From the NCBI GenBank assembly GCA_963605145.1, contig CAVCTP010000001.1:1-51703 (forward strand): DNA of 51,703 bases, in the 5' to 3' direction. The notes under the pieces are model-generated. The model saw only the letters and a program-made list of their open reading frames with translations, searched no databases and was not told the origin of the DNA. The position numbers were made by a program, and so were the translations under genes. Shown piece by piece: positions 35,881 to 45,220 of the stretch. This DNA comes from Tannerellaceae bacterium. Its GTDB lineage: Bacteria; Bacillota_I; Bacilli_A; Erysipelotrichales; Erysipelotrichaceae. Within the stretch, counting starts at the first letter, position 1. The number at the start of each line of letters is the position of its first letter.

Positions 35881-36695
35881 TATTTATGTTTAATATATTC
35901 GTTATATAGATTATTCTTAGAAATATTATATTTTGAAGCAATAATACTTACCGCATCCTTAGTTTTTTTACCATTTTTAATTAATTCTTCGATTTCTTTT
36001 ATTGAATCATTAACATCTATTTCTACATCTTCTTTTTCATAACCATCAATTATCAATACCATTTCGCCTTTTAAATCTTTTAGGTTACATAAATTTGATA
36101 GTTTATCACGATAGAATGTTTCATGAATTTTAGTTAATTCTCTAGCGAGACACGCTTTTCTATCGCCTAATACTTCTAAACATAGTTTTAAAGTCTTTTC
36201 AATTCGATGTGGTGCTTCATAAAAGATAATAGTATAAGGAAATTCTTTTAAACTTTCCAGTTCCTTTTTTGCTTGGGACTGTTTAGCGTTTAAAAAACCA
36301 TAGAATAGATAATGTTGTGTTTTCATTCCAGAAGAAACTAAGGCATTTAGTGCGGCATTAGCTCCGGAAATAGTTGTAACATTATGTCCAGCTTCTATTA
36401 CTTTATTTACTAATATATAACCGGGATCAGATATTAAAGGATATCCTGCATCAGATATCAAAGCAATATCTTCTCCTTGATCTAATAGTTTTAAAATACC
36501 GACGCTAGATTCATCTTCATTAAAGTTATGATAAGTAATAAGTTTATTATGAATATCAAAGTGGCTTAATAATTTTTTAGAATTTCTGGTATCTTCGCAA
36601 GCAATTGTCGAAACACTCCTTAAAACTTCAAGTGCCCTACTTGATATCTCATTTAAATTACCTATTGGAGTTGCGACAAGAAAAAGTGTTGCCAT
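35880..36695 (-). CDS. rsmI: 16S rRNA (cytidine1402-2'-O)-methyltransferase
   Basis: LFLVATPIGNLNEIS ... CEDTR ... SDAGYPLISDPGY (tetrapyrrole-methylase fold, RsmI motifs). Confidence 0.9.
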   Translation of the reverse strand: MATLFLVATPIGNLNEISSRALEVLRSVSTIACEDTRNSKKLLSHFDIHNKLITYHNFNEDESSVGILKLLDQGEDIALISDAGYPLISDPGYILVNKVIEAGHNVTTISGANAALNALVSSGMKTQHYLFYGFLNAKQSQAKKELESLKEFPYTIIFYEAPHRIEKTLKLCLEVLGDRKACLARELTKIHETFYRDKLSNLCNLKDLKGEMVLIIDGYEKEDVEIDVNDSIKEIEELIKNGKKTKDAVSIIASKYNISKNNLYNEYIKHK

Positions 36696-37555
36696 TACTG
36701 TTCAACACTTTCATCTTCCTCAGTTTCAACCTTTGGCTGAGGTTTATTATATTTACCTTTTTTAACTAAATCATCCAAAGAAATAAATAAGGTATGCTCG
36801 GAATTTTCTAACTTACAAGTTTTGGCAATTACATTCATTGAAGTAATTCTAAACTTTTCATTTTCATATTCAACCATTGAATTAAGTTTAGGTAGGTTCT
36901 TTCTTAAATCTTTATATGCTTCATCTTCAAATCTTAGACAACACATTAAGTTACCACATTGGCCAGATAGTTTTTGAATATTTAAAGCTAATAATTGATT
37001 TTTAGCCATATTAATAGAAATTCTATCAAAGTCTGCCATAAATTTAGCACAACATAATTCTCTACCACAAACACCAATTCCGGAAACCATTTTAGCTTTA
37101 TCTCTTGTTCCAACTTGTCTTAAATCAATACGACAATGGAATATTGAAGCTAGTACTTTTAATAGTTCTCTAAAGTCTACCCTATCATCTGCTAGATATA
37201 TAAAAGTAATCTTAGTTCTATCTAAGGTATATTCAGCAGAGATAATATTCATATTAAGATTTAACTTATCTGATTCACATTGACAAACCTGTTTAGCACC
37301 AACAGCATCTGCTTTATTCTTTTCAAATTGTTTCTTATCTTCTAATTTAGCCTTTCTAACAATTGGTTTAATTTCGATGTCAACATTTGGTTTATCAAAA
37401 GGATCACCAACTACTGTAGCATATTCAATACCACGTTGGGTTTCTACTACTACACCATCATTTTCCTTTATATTGGCATCAGTAGTGGAAAATGTATATA
37501 TTTTATTTGTTGTTTCAAATCTAACTGATAAATATTTTACTTGTTCTTCTTCCAT
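36695..37555 (-). CDS. ricT: PSP1-domain protein RicT (YaaT)
   Basis: ELCCAKFMADF ... GQCGNLMCCLRFE, the cysteine motifs of YaaT/PSP1. Synteny with holB and tmk. Confidence 0.88.
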   Translation of the reverse strand: MEEEQVKYLSVRFETTNKIYTFSTTDANIKENDGVVVETQRGIEYATVVGDPFDKPNVDIEIKPIVRKAKLEDKKQFEKNKADAVGAKQVCQCESDKLNLNMNIISAEYTLDRTKITFIYLADDRVDFRELLKVLASIFHCRIDLRQVGTRDKAKMVSGIGVCGRELCCAKFMADFDRISINMAKNQLLALNIQKLSGQCGNLMCCLRFEDEAYKDLRKNLPKLNSMVEYENEKFRITSMNVIAKTCKLENSEHTLFISLDDLVKKGKYNKPQPKVETEEDESVEQ

Positions 37556-37563
37556 ATTTTTAC

Positions 37564-38529
37564 CTAAATATATGATATTATTTGACAGGCAATGCCGTCA
37601 AACAATAACTTCCTTTCTGCATTCATAAGTGTTTTATCACTTGCTTCAATAAATATTTCTAATAATTTACCTACATCATATTTACTTAATTTCTTTAAAT
37701 AGTTGTTATATTGTTCATCATCAATAGTTCTATTTTCTAAAGTATCTTCTAACATTTTAATCATAATAGCTAAATAATAATCAACACATTTTTTAAACTT
37801 ATCTTTTTCTTTAAAAGTGGTATAAAACTCTTTATAAAACATTACTGGTAGATAATCTTTATCTTTTAAAGTATCAATTGTCTTATAAACATATTCCTTA
37901 GCATTTATATAATAAGGATCATTTAAATCAAATTCAGGATCATATTTATGTAAGATATTAGCTAATAAATAAGCATCTTCATATTCAAATCCCGCATTCA
38001 AATATTTCTCTATTAAATAAGAAAAGTCTCTTGTTAGAAATGGTATTTCTTCGCATCTAGAAACAATAGTTGGAAGTATATCTTCTTTCTTATCTGTAAT
38101 TAAAATAAAGTAAGTATCATTACTAGGTTCTTCCATAAACTTTAATATCATATTTAATACTTTAGGACTAGCATTATTAATATTAGATAAGATACATATC
38201 TTTTTACCAGCAGCTTCTAATGCAGTACGGCTAAATTCATCCATTATTCTTTCAATATCATCTTTTTTAATACTTTCATCATAACCATCAATATGTATTA
38301 AATCGAAATATTTATCATTTTTAATTCTTAAACAAGTATTACATGTTTCACATGCGAAATCATTTTTATTTTCTATTATTGATTGGGCCAATAAATAAGC
38401 AACATCTAATTTTAAGGGACTATATTCACCAGAAAATAAGTAGCAATGTGCTACTTTATTATTCTTTAAAGCATTAAATAAACTTTGATATGCTATGGGT
38501 TCTTTAACTCTTAATTCATCTACTATCAT
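37564..38529 (-). CDS. holB: DNA polymerase III delta-prime subunit
   Basis: HCYLFSGEYSP, the zinc-module-like CETCNTCLRI, FMEEPS, and TIVSRC. Position between tmk and ricT. Confidence 0.85.
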   Translation of the reverse strand: MIVDELRVKEPIAYQSLFNALKNNKVAHCYLFSGEYSPLKLDVAYLLAQSIIENKNDFACETCNTCLRIKNDKYFDLIHIDGYDESIKKDDIERIMDEFSRTALEAAGKKICILSNINNASPKVLNMILKFMEEPSNDTYFILITDKKEDILPTIVSRCEEIPFLTRDFSYLIEKYLNAGFEYEDAYLLANILHKYDPEFDLNDPYYINAKEYVYKTIDTLKDKDYLPVMFYKEFYTTFKEKDKFKKCVDYYLAIMIKMLEDTLENRTIDDEQYNNYLKKLSKYDVGKLLEIFIEASDKTLMNAERKLLFDGIACQIISYI

Positions 38530-39145
38530 TTATTAAATTAATTATTAATTGATAAGTATCATCAACAACCTTATCTAATTCTTGGCTAGCATCAACAACA
38601 GAAATTCTATCCTTATATCTTTTTAAAACTTCTTTATAACCTTCATTAACTCGATGATGGAATTCTATTGATTCTTGGTCTAATCTATCTTTAAAACTAC
38701 GATTAGAAAGTCTATTTAGACCTGTTTGTTCATCAACATCTAGATAGATTGTAAGATCAGGGAAAGTATTATCTATCGCAAATAGATTTATACTTAAAAC
38801 TTCATCTATACCAATAGATCTAGCATAGCCTTGGTAAGCTAAAGATGAATCAACAAATCTTTCACATATTACAATCTTACCAGCCTTAACTGCTGGGAAT
38901 ACTTTTTCAACTAAGTGTTGTCTTCTACTAGCAGCATATAATAGTGCTTCCGTTTTAGCATCCATTGCCGTATTTTTAGGATCTAAGATAACATTTCTTA
39001 TCTGTTCTGCGATATCTATGCCACCTGGTTCTCTAGTATGAACAACTTCTATACCTTGCTTATTGAGTTTTTCAACTACTGCATCAGCAACCGTAGTCTT
39101 GCCAGAGCCATCAGGACCTTCTAAAGTGATAAAATAGCCCTTCAT
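38516..39145 (-). CDS. tmk: Thymidylate kinase
   Basis: FITLEGPDGSGKTT, TREPGG, DRFVDSSLAYQG. Confidence 0.95.
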   Translation of the reverse strand: MKGYFITLEGPDGSGKTTVADAVVEKLNKQGIEVVHTREPGGIDIAEQIRNVILDPKNTAMDAKTEALLYAASRRQHLVEKVFPAVKAGKIVICERFVDSSLAYQGYARSIGIDEVLSINLFAIDNTFPDLTIYLDVDEQTGLNRLSNRSFKDRLDQESIEFHHRVNEGYKEVLKRYKDRISVVDASQELDKVVDDTYQLIINLINDSR

Positions 39146-39438
39146 TAATTCAACTTCTCCGCTTTAGGTTTTAAGGTCTTTTCAACCACTTCAATAATCA
39201 TATCCTTTATTCTTTCATATTCCTCATATGTAAGTTCACTATCATTAACAACCTTAATTTGTGGTTTTAAGATATCAGCATTCATAGCCATCAATATATC
39301 TTCAACCTTATCATAGGTTTCACTAGTGATAATGGCGTATTTATTGTTACCATCTTCATTAATGAAAATAGCTTCATCATTCTCTAAGCTATCTAATTCA
39401 TCTTTAATTTCTTTAACTTTTTCAATATCAATGTTCAT
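39145..39438 (-). CDS. Small acidic hypothetical protein (97 aa)
   Basis: Good ORF, TAATG-coupled to tmk. Weak Phd/YefM-like flavour (KYAIITSETYDKVEDIL). No confident family. Confidence 0.5.
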   Translation of the reverse strand: MNIDIEKVKEIKDELDSLENDEAIFINEDGNNKYAIITSETYDKVEDILMAMNADILKPQIKVVNDSELTYEEYERIKDMIIEVVEKTLKPKAEKLN

Positions 39439-39450
39439 ACTTAAATTATA

Positions 39451-39945
39451 TCATTTTAGGAATACTTTAACTGCTTTTGCGATTGGTTCATAAAAAATAA
39501 TACCTAAGATAGTTACTGATATAAATTCACCTATTGCCACATATAACATAGTTAATAAAACATCTATTTCATAATAAATATTTAGTTCTAAACCTACTAG
39601 TACGCCATTAATAAGTGCTGGCATCAATAAACTTAATATGGGTTTATTAAATAATTTAATATCTTTAAACATATAGACACATATTCCTGATAAAAAGGTT
39701 CCTAGTGTTCCAACTAATATATCTAAAACCATCGGATTAATACCAATAAAAATACTTATTAGATTACATACAAAGCAAGCTATAGTTAAAGGTAAAATAA
39801 ATTCCTTATCAATTAAGGCTAATACCATCATTAGTTCTGCCACCCTTACTTGAATTAAACCAAATGAAAAAGAGCCTAATAATAAACTTACGGCTGTATA
39901 AGTTGCGACAATGATAGCGTATAATGACAACTTCTTACTTTCCAT
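39451..39945 (-). CDS. queT: QueT-family queuosine-precursor transporter (ECF S-component-like)
   Basis: 164 aa, 5 TM. FSFGLIQVRVAELMMVL and NGVLVGLEL resemble the QueT family pattern. Confidence 0.6.
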   Translation of the reverse strand: MESKKLSLYAIIVATYTAVSLLLGSFSFGLIQVRVAELMMVLALIDKEFILPLTIACFVCNLISIFIGINPMVLDILVGTLGTFLSGICVYMFKDIKLFNKPILSLLMPALINGVLVGLELNIYYEIDVLLTMLYVAIGEFISVTILGIIFYEPIAKAVKVFLK

Positions 39946-40723
39946 ATTTTGTCTTCACCTTATTAATCCAAGAAAATAAATTTGGAACTGACATAAGATC
40001 TTCAAAACAACTATCAACTTCGGCATAAAACTTCTTTTGTTCCTCATCTTTATCATCTAAGTCCCAAATATGGTCTAAATATAAAGCATATTCGTTTTTC
40101 TCAAACATATCTAATAATACTTCTTGAGCCTTTAAATCTTCATCGTGTTTTAGCAAAGTTACTATCAATAATAAATATTGAATGGTATCTAATTCATAAT
40201 TAGTATATAAACGATAATATTCTTTCTCATCTTCAATTAAAAAATACATATAAGAAAGTTTACTTATGATATCATCACTTGCCTTATTGGTAAGTTTAAT
40301 TACCATTTTTGAGACATTGATACATTTTGTATAATTATGAATCTCACCATAGAAATCACCATATATATTTAAGATATCTATATAACATTTCTTCTCATAT
40401 TCATTGAATTCAGCGTACTCATCTAAAAGACTATAATATTGATTAAATCTTAATTGTAAGAATACTGCTTCTGATATTAAGTAATAAGCTAAGAATGCTT
40501 CTCTACAAAACATATCATAGTCAAAAGCATCTTCAATTCTCTTCTTTAAATCTTTAGAAGAGGTAAACATTATTTTAATGGCCTTTACTTGATTTCTATC
40601 AGCATCTTCATCTATTTCATATTCTTTAAAATTCTTTTTATTAAAAAAGTCTAATAAAAAATCATTTATCTTATCAGAATCTGTTTTATAAGCTTGTATC
40701 TTTAAGTTTAAAAAATTAAGCAT
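39935..40723 (-). CDS. Hypothetical helical cytoplasmic protein (262 aa)
   Basis: Long ORF, overlaps both neighbours (8 nt and 11 nt). Acidic and Tyr-rich, with no motif I recognise. Confidence 0.55.
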   Translation of the reverse strand: MLNFLNLKIQAYKTDSDKINDFLLDFFNKKNFKEYEIDEDADRNQVKAIKIMFTSSKDLKKRIEDAFDYDMFCREAFLAYYLISEAVFLQLRFNQYYSLLDEYAEFNEYEKKCYIDILNIYGDFYGEIHNYTKCINVSKMVIKLTNKASDDIISKLSYMYFLIEDEKEYYRLYTNYELDTIQYLLLIVTLLKHDEDLKAQEVLLDMFEKNEYALYLDHIWDLDDKDEEQKKFYAEVDSCFEDLMSVPNLFSWINKVKTKYGK

Positions 40724-41243
40724 CTAATCCTTCTAATTCAATTCTATACATTAAAGCAATGGTCTTACTATCATTAATAGTTCCATCTAATATCATCTTC
40801 TTTATTTGCTTAAAGGTATATTTTTCTAATTCTATCCTTTCATCAACATCAAAATGTTGGCCTATATTTTCACCTGCTTCACCATAATATAAATAAATTA
40901 TCTCATTATCATAACCACAAGTTGGTATGACATAACCTAATTTCTTTATATTCTTAACTTCATATCCTGTTTCTTCTCTTGCTTCTCTAATGATGGCTAA
41001 ATCAGGTAATTCACCCTTTTCAATCTTACCAGCAGGAAATTCTAATAATTCATCATTTAAAGCATAACGGAATTGTCTTACTAGATAGTAATAATCACCA
41101 TCTTTTAATGCAATACAGACACCACCATTGTGTTTAACAACTTCCCTATATGATAAAGTACCATCATCTAATTCAACTTGATCTTTAACTACATGAATAA
41201 CTTTTCCACTATATATCTCTTGTCTATTCTTTAACTTTTCCAT
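40716..41243 (-). CDS. NUDIX hydrolase (ADP-ribose pyrophosphatase-like)
   Basis: Nudix box GKIEKGELPDLAIIREAREETGY. Confidence 0.88.
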   Translation of the reverse strand: MEKLKNRQEIYSGKVIHVVKDQVELDDGTLSYREVVKHNGGVCIALKDGDYYYLVRQFRYALNDELLEFPAGKIEKGELPDLAIIREAREETGYEVKNIKKLGYVIPTCGYDNEIIYLYYGEAGENIGQHFDVDERIELEKYTFKQIKKMILDGTINDSKTIALMYRIELEGLDA

Positions 41244-41252
41244 AATTTAATC

Positions 41253-41276
41253 AAAAAATGACTTATACAAGTCATT
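41253..41276 (-). terminator. Intrinsic terminator after the divIC-like gene
   Basis: Minus strand: AATGACTT-gtat-AAGTCATT followed by TTTTTTG. Overlaps the stop codon. Confidence 0.75.
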
Positions 41277-41574
41277 ATTCACTAGGTAAATAAAATACCT
41301 TTTCATCTCCCTTAGAAAACATATATTCGCCCCTAGCATAGGTTTGTATATAATCAGGATCTTCAAGTTTTTCTTTAGTTGAAACTAAACTTGCATTCTC
41401 ATCTTTTAATTCTTGTAGTTGTGCTTCTACTAAGTCTGCCTGTTCCCTTAAAACAAACATGTTATATATCTTTTTTAAAGCATCAGATAGTATGAATATG
41501 GCAAATATTATGACAATAATCCATACCATCTTTGCGACCTTACTCTCTTTTTTTCTTCTCTTAGTCTTTGTCAT
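41275..41574 (-). CDS. divIC: Septum formation initiator family protein (DivIC/FtsB-like)
   Basis: Basic N-terminus, one TM, a coiled coil (QLQELKDENASL), then DPDYIQTYARGEYMFSK. Confidence 0.75.
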   Translation of the reverse strand: MTKTKRRKKESKVAKMVWIIVIIFAIFILSDALKKIYNMFVLREQADLVEAQLQELKDENASLVSTKEKLEDPDYIQTYARGEYMFSKGDEKVFYLPSE

Positions 41575-41589
41575 GTGTCAATAATTATA

Positions 41590-41847
41590 CTAATTATCTT
41601 TTCTTTCTTCAATTACTTCATACATCTTAAAAGCATCTTGCTTACTAGCACTAAGTCTAATTTCTAATACTCTAATAATGATTTCTCGATGGCCAAATTC
41701 AATCTTAACTATATCGCCTACTTTAACCTCTGATGATGGTTTAGCTACTCTATCATTAATAAATAATCTTTGGTTTAGTGCTAATTGTTTACCAACTTCT
41801 CTTTTCTTTAATATACGCGCAACTTTTAAAAATTTATCTATTCTCAT
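41590..41847 (-). CDS. S4-domain RNA-binding protein (YabO/RqcP/Hsp15-like)
   Basis: MRIDKFLKVARILKKREVGKQLA...INDRVAKPSSEVKVGDIV. Confidence 0.85.
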   Translation of the reverse strand: MRIDKFLKVARILKKREVGKQLALNQRLFINDRVAKPSSEVKVGDIVKIEFGHREIIIRVLEIRLSASKQDAFKMYEVIEERKDN

Positions 41848-44800
41848 TCTTCATTAACTTATCTAAATTATCAACTAGTGTCAATAATTTATTGATATTC
41901 TCCTTATGATTATCTATCTCTATTATTAATTTATTATTCTTATAAGCAATCTTAATATCCTTTGATAAAGAATTACAATATTCAAATAATTTAATACCAT
42001 CAATATTATCAGAATATTGTTTCGATAATATAATTCTAAATACACCGTTTATATTAGAAACCTTTTCCACTAAATTTAAATTACATAATAATTCTAATTT
42101 CTTCTTATCAAATAAGGCTTCTACTTGTTTAGGTAATTTGCCATATTCATCATTAACTTTTAAATAAAACTGCAATAAATCCTTTTTATTATCAATATTA
42201 TCTAGTTCATGATAGATAGCTAACTTATCATAATCATTATCAGAAAAACCTTCGGGAATATAACTAGAAATAGGTATATTGATTGTAGGTTTAGTCTTTT
42301 CTTCTTCAACAATCTCACCTTTTTGTTTTTTAATGGCATTATTAAGCATTGCCAAATATAAATCTAGACCTACATTATCAATAAAGCCGGATTGTTTTTC
42401 ACCTAATAAGTCACCAGCACCTCTAATAGTTAAATCACGCATCGCAATCTTATAGCCTGAACCTAATGAGGTAAATTCTTTAATAGCATCTAGTCTCTTA
42501 ACAGAATTTTCATTTAATTGTTTCTTTTCGGGAATCATTAAATAGGCATAAGCAACCCTATCGGATCTACCAACTCTACCCTTGATTTGATAAAGTTGAG
42601 CTAAACCAAAGTTTTGGGCATTATCAACAATAATCGTATTGGCATTAGGTATATCTAAACCTGTTTCAATGATAGTTGTACAAATCAAAACATTTATTTC
42701 ATTGTTGTAGAACTTGTACATGATATCTTCTATCTCTTCGCGAGACATCTGTCCATGGGCTACACCAATTCTGGCATATGGTAAAGCTTGTTGTAACTTT
42801 CTAGCTACTGTATGAATTAAATCAACATTATTAAATAAATAAAATACTTGACCATTTCTTTCTAGTTCTCGCATGATAACTTCTTGAACTAAATTATCAT
42901 TTTTATGAACGACATATGTTTGTACCGGATATCTATTAATTGGTGGAGTATCTAAAGTAGATAAACCTCTAATACCAATTAAAGACATTTGTAAGGTTCT
43001 AGGAATTGGGGTAGCACTTAAAGATAAAACATCGATGCTATTTTTTAAGGCTCTAATCTTTTCTTTATGTTCTACACCAAATCTTTGTTCCTCATCAATA
43101 ATTAAAAAACCTAAATCCTTATATTCAATATCTTTAGATAAGATTCTATGAGTTCCAATCAATATATCAACTTTGCCTAATTTTAAATCTTCAATGATTT
43201 CTTTTTGTTTTTCTGGCATTACATATCTATTTAATACTTCTACCCTAACAGGAAAGTTTTCAAAACGTTTTTTAAAGGTATCAAAATGTTGGAAACTTAA
43301 AACTGTAGTAGGACATAAATATGCTACTTGTTTGCCATCACAAACTGCTTTAAATGCCGCTCTAATTGCGACCTCAGTCTTACCAAAACCGACATCACCA
43401 CAAAGTAGTCTATCCATTGGTTTACTCATTTCCATATCAGCCTTAACTTCTTCAATAGCCCTTGCTTGATCACTTGTTAACTCATACATAAAGGTATCTT
43501 CAAATTCCTTCTGCATAGGACTATCTTTAGAATAAGCAAAACCAATATTAGTTTCTCTAGCACTATATAGTTCAATTAACTTACCCGCAATATCATTAAC
43601 CGATTCTTCAACCTTTTTCTTTGTTTCTATCCAATCTTTAGAACCTAATTTATGTAATTTAGGTACTACTCCTTCTTTAGAAACATATTTTCTTACTAAA
43701 GAAAATTGCGATAATGGTACTAATAATTCATCATTACCCTTATAAATTATCTTTAAATAATCACAAGCTACACCATTAACAGTTCTAGTTTCAATATCAA
43801 CATATTGGCCAATACCATATTGGTTATGAACAACATAGTCACCCTTATTTAATTCTTCATAAGAATTTAAGGTTCTAGCTTCGGCATATTTATTCGCAAA
43901 TCTACCACTTACTGGTTTAACTTTATATAATTCGCTAGCTGTATATAAAGCAAAATCTAACTTATCAATCTCATAGCCACCATAGATATTGCCACTACCT
44001 ACATTTAAACCTTGCCTTAACTCGCCAGTATAAATACTATATTTAATATCTTGTTTAATTAAACTATTAATTATTTCTTCAGTTTTCTTTTCATCAACAA
44101 TTATTAATTTATATTTAATATTGCTGCTATTTAAAACACTTAAAACATAATCAATATTGCCATATGGTAAATCAATTTCACTAATTGGACTTATCTTTTT
44201 AAAAGGTTGACCTTCAATTATATCTTCATCAAGTATTTCCCTATTGTAATCCGCATAAACATAAAACTTTAAAGGCAATCTATTTTCATCATGCATTTCT
44301 TGGATATAGGCAATAGTTTCATCAGCCAACATCTTTAAATGACTATGTATTTTATCCTTATCACTTAGGTATAATTTATGTCTACCTATATAATCTTTTA
44401 AATGACTTGTTTCAAAATAAGCATAATAGAAATATTGATTATTGCGATAATTATCATTTAATAGATATTCCATATCAAGTTCCATTTCGCCACTTAATAC
44501 TTCAACATTTTCTTTTAAATACTTCTTTTGTTCATCGCTAAAGAAAACATCCTTGGCAAAACAGATTTCAACTTCATCAATTACTTCTAATGTCCTTTGA
44601 GAATCATTATCAAAGAAACGAATGCTATCAACAACATCATCAAAGAATTCAATTCTTATTGGTTTATCATAATTAACCGAAAATACATCAACAATATAGC
44701 CTCTAGAGGCATAAGTCATAGGATTTTCAACATGTGATGTCTTCTCATATCCTAATTTAATTAATCTATCAATTAATTCTTGTTTATCTAAGGTATCATC

Positions 44801-45211
44801 TTTTTTAATCTTGATGATATTATCTTTTAGTTCTTGTTTATTAGGTAAATGTCTAATTAAACCATAGGGAGAACATAAGATTAATTTATAATTATCTTCG
44901 TGAACTAGACGATACAAAGCATTTACCCTACTTGCCCTATTTTCATAAGAAGAAGCAATCTCTTCAGCTCGAAGTGATTCTTCAGGTAAATAAGCAATAA
45001 TTTCTGATTCATCAAAATAAGATAATAAAATATCTTTTAATTTATTAACTAGATAATTATTTTCTTTAACAATGATTAAAGGACAATCACTGTTTTTTGC
45101 TTTAATACTTATTTTTAAAGCTTCTTCTACTAAACTTGAATATGATAAAGATGAATAATCATCATTATTCAATACTTCTTCAATATCATTTAAAATATTT
45201 AAATATTTCAT
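41834..45211 (-). CDS. mfd: Transcription-repair coupling factor
   Basis: 1125 aa. RNA polymerase-interacting domain GDYVVHNQYGIGQY. Helicase motifs GDVGFGKTEV, IIDEEQRFG and QLYQIKGRVGRS. Confidence 0.96.
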   Translation of the reverse strand: MKYLNILNDIEEVLNNDDYSSLSYSSLVEEALKISIKAKNSDCPLIIVKENNYLVNKLKDILLSYFDESEIIAYLPEESLRAEEIASSYENRASRVNALYRLVHEDNYKLILCSPYGLIRHLPNKQELKDNIIKIKKDDTLDKQELIDRLIKLGYEKTSHVENPMTYASRGYIVDVFSVNYDKPIRIEFFDDVVDSIRFFDNDSQRTLEVIDEVEICFAKDVFFSDEQKKYLKENVEVLSGEMELDMEYLLNDNYRNNQYFYYAYFETSHLKDYIGRHKLYLSDKDKIHSHLKMLADETIAYIQEMHDENRLPLKFYVYADYNREILDEDIIEGQPFKKISPISEIDLPYGNIDYVLSVLNSSNIKYKLIIVDEKKTEEIINSLIKQDIKYSIYTGELRQGLNVGSGNIYGGYEIDKLDFALYTASELYKVKPVSGRFANKYAEARTLNSYEELNKGDYVVHNQYGIGQYVDIETRTVNGVACDYLKIIYKGNDELLVPLSQFSLVRKYVSKEGVVPKLHKLGSKDWIETKKKVEESVNDIAGKLIELYSARETNIGFAYSKDSPMQKEFEDTFMYELTSDQARAIEEVKADMEMSKPMDRLLCGDVGFGKTEVAIRAAFKAVCDGKQVAYLCPTTVLSFQHFDTFKKRFENFPVRVEVLNRYVMPEKQKEIIEDLKLGKVDILIGTHRILSKDIEYKDLGFLIIDEEQRFGVEHKEKIRALKNSIDVLSLSATPIPRTLQMSLIGIRGLSTLDTPPINRYPVQTYVVHKNDNLVQEVIMRELERNGQVFYLFNNVDLIHTVARKLQQALPYARIGVAHGQMSREEIEDIMYKFYNNEINVLICTTIIETGLDIPNANTIIVDNAQNFGLAQLYQIKGRVGRSDRVAYAYLMIPEKKQLNENSVKRLDAIKEFTSLGSGYKIAMRDLTIRGAGDLLGEKQSGFIDNVGLDLYLAMLNNAIKKQKGEIVEEEKTKPTINIPISSYIPEGFSDNDYDKLAIYHELDNIDNKKDLLQFYLKVNDEYGKLPKQVEALFDKKKLELLCNLNLVEKVSNINGVFRIILSKQYSDNIDGIKLFEYCNSLSKDIKIAYKNNKLIIEIDNHKENINKLLTLVDNLDKLMKNENR

Positions 45212-45220
45212 TATTTAAAT

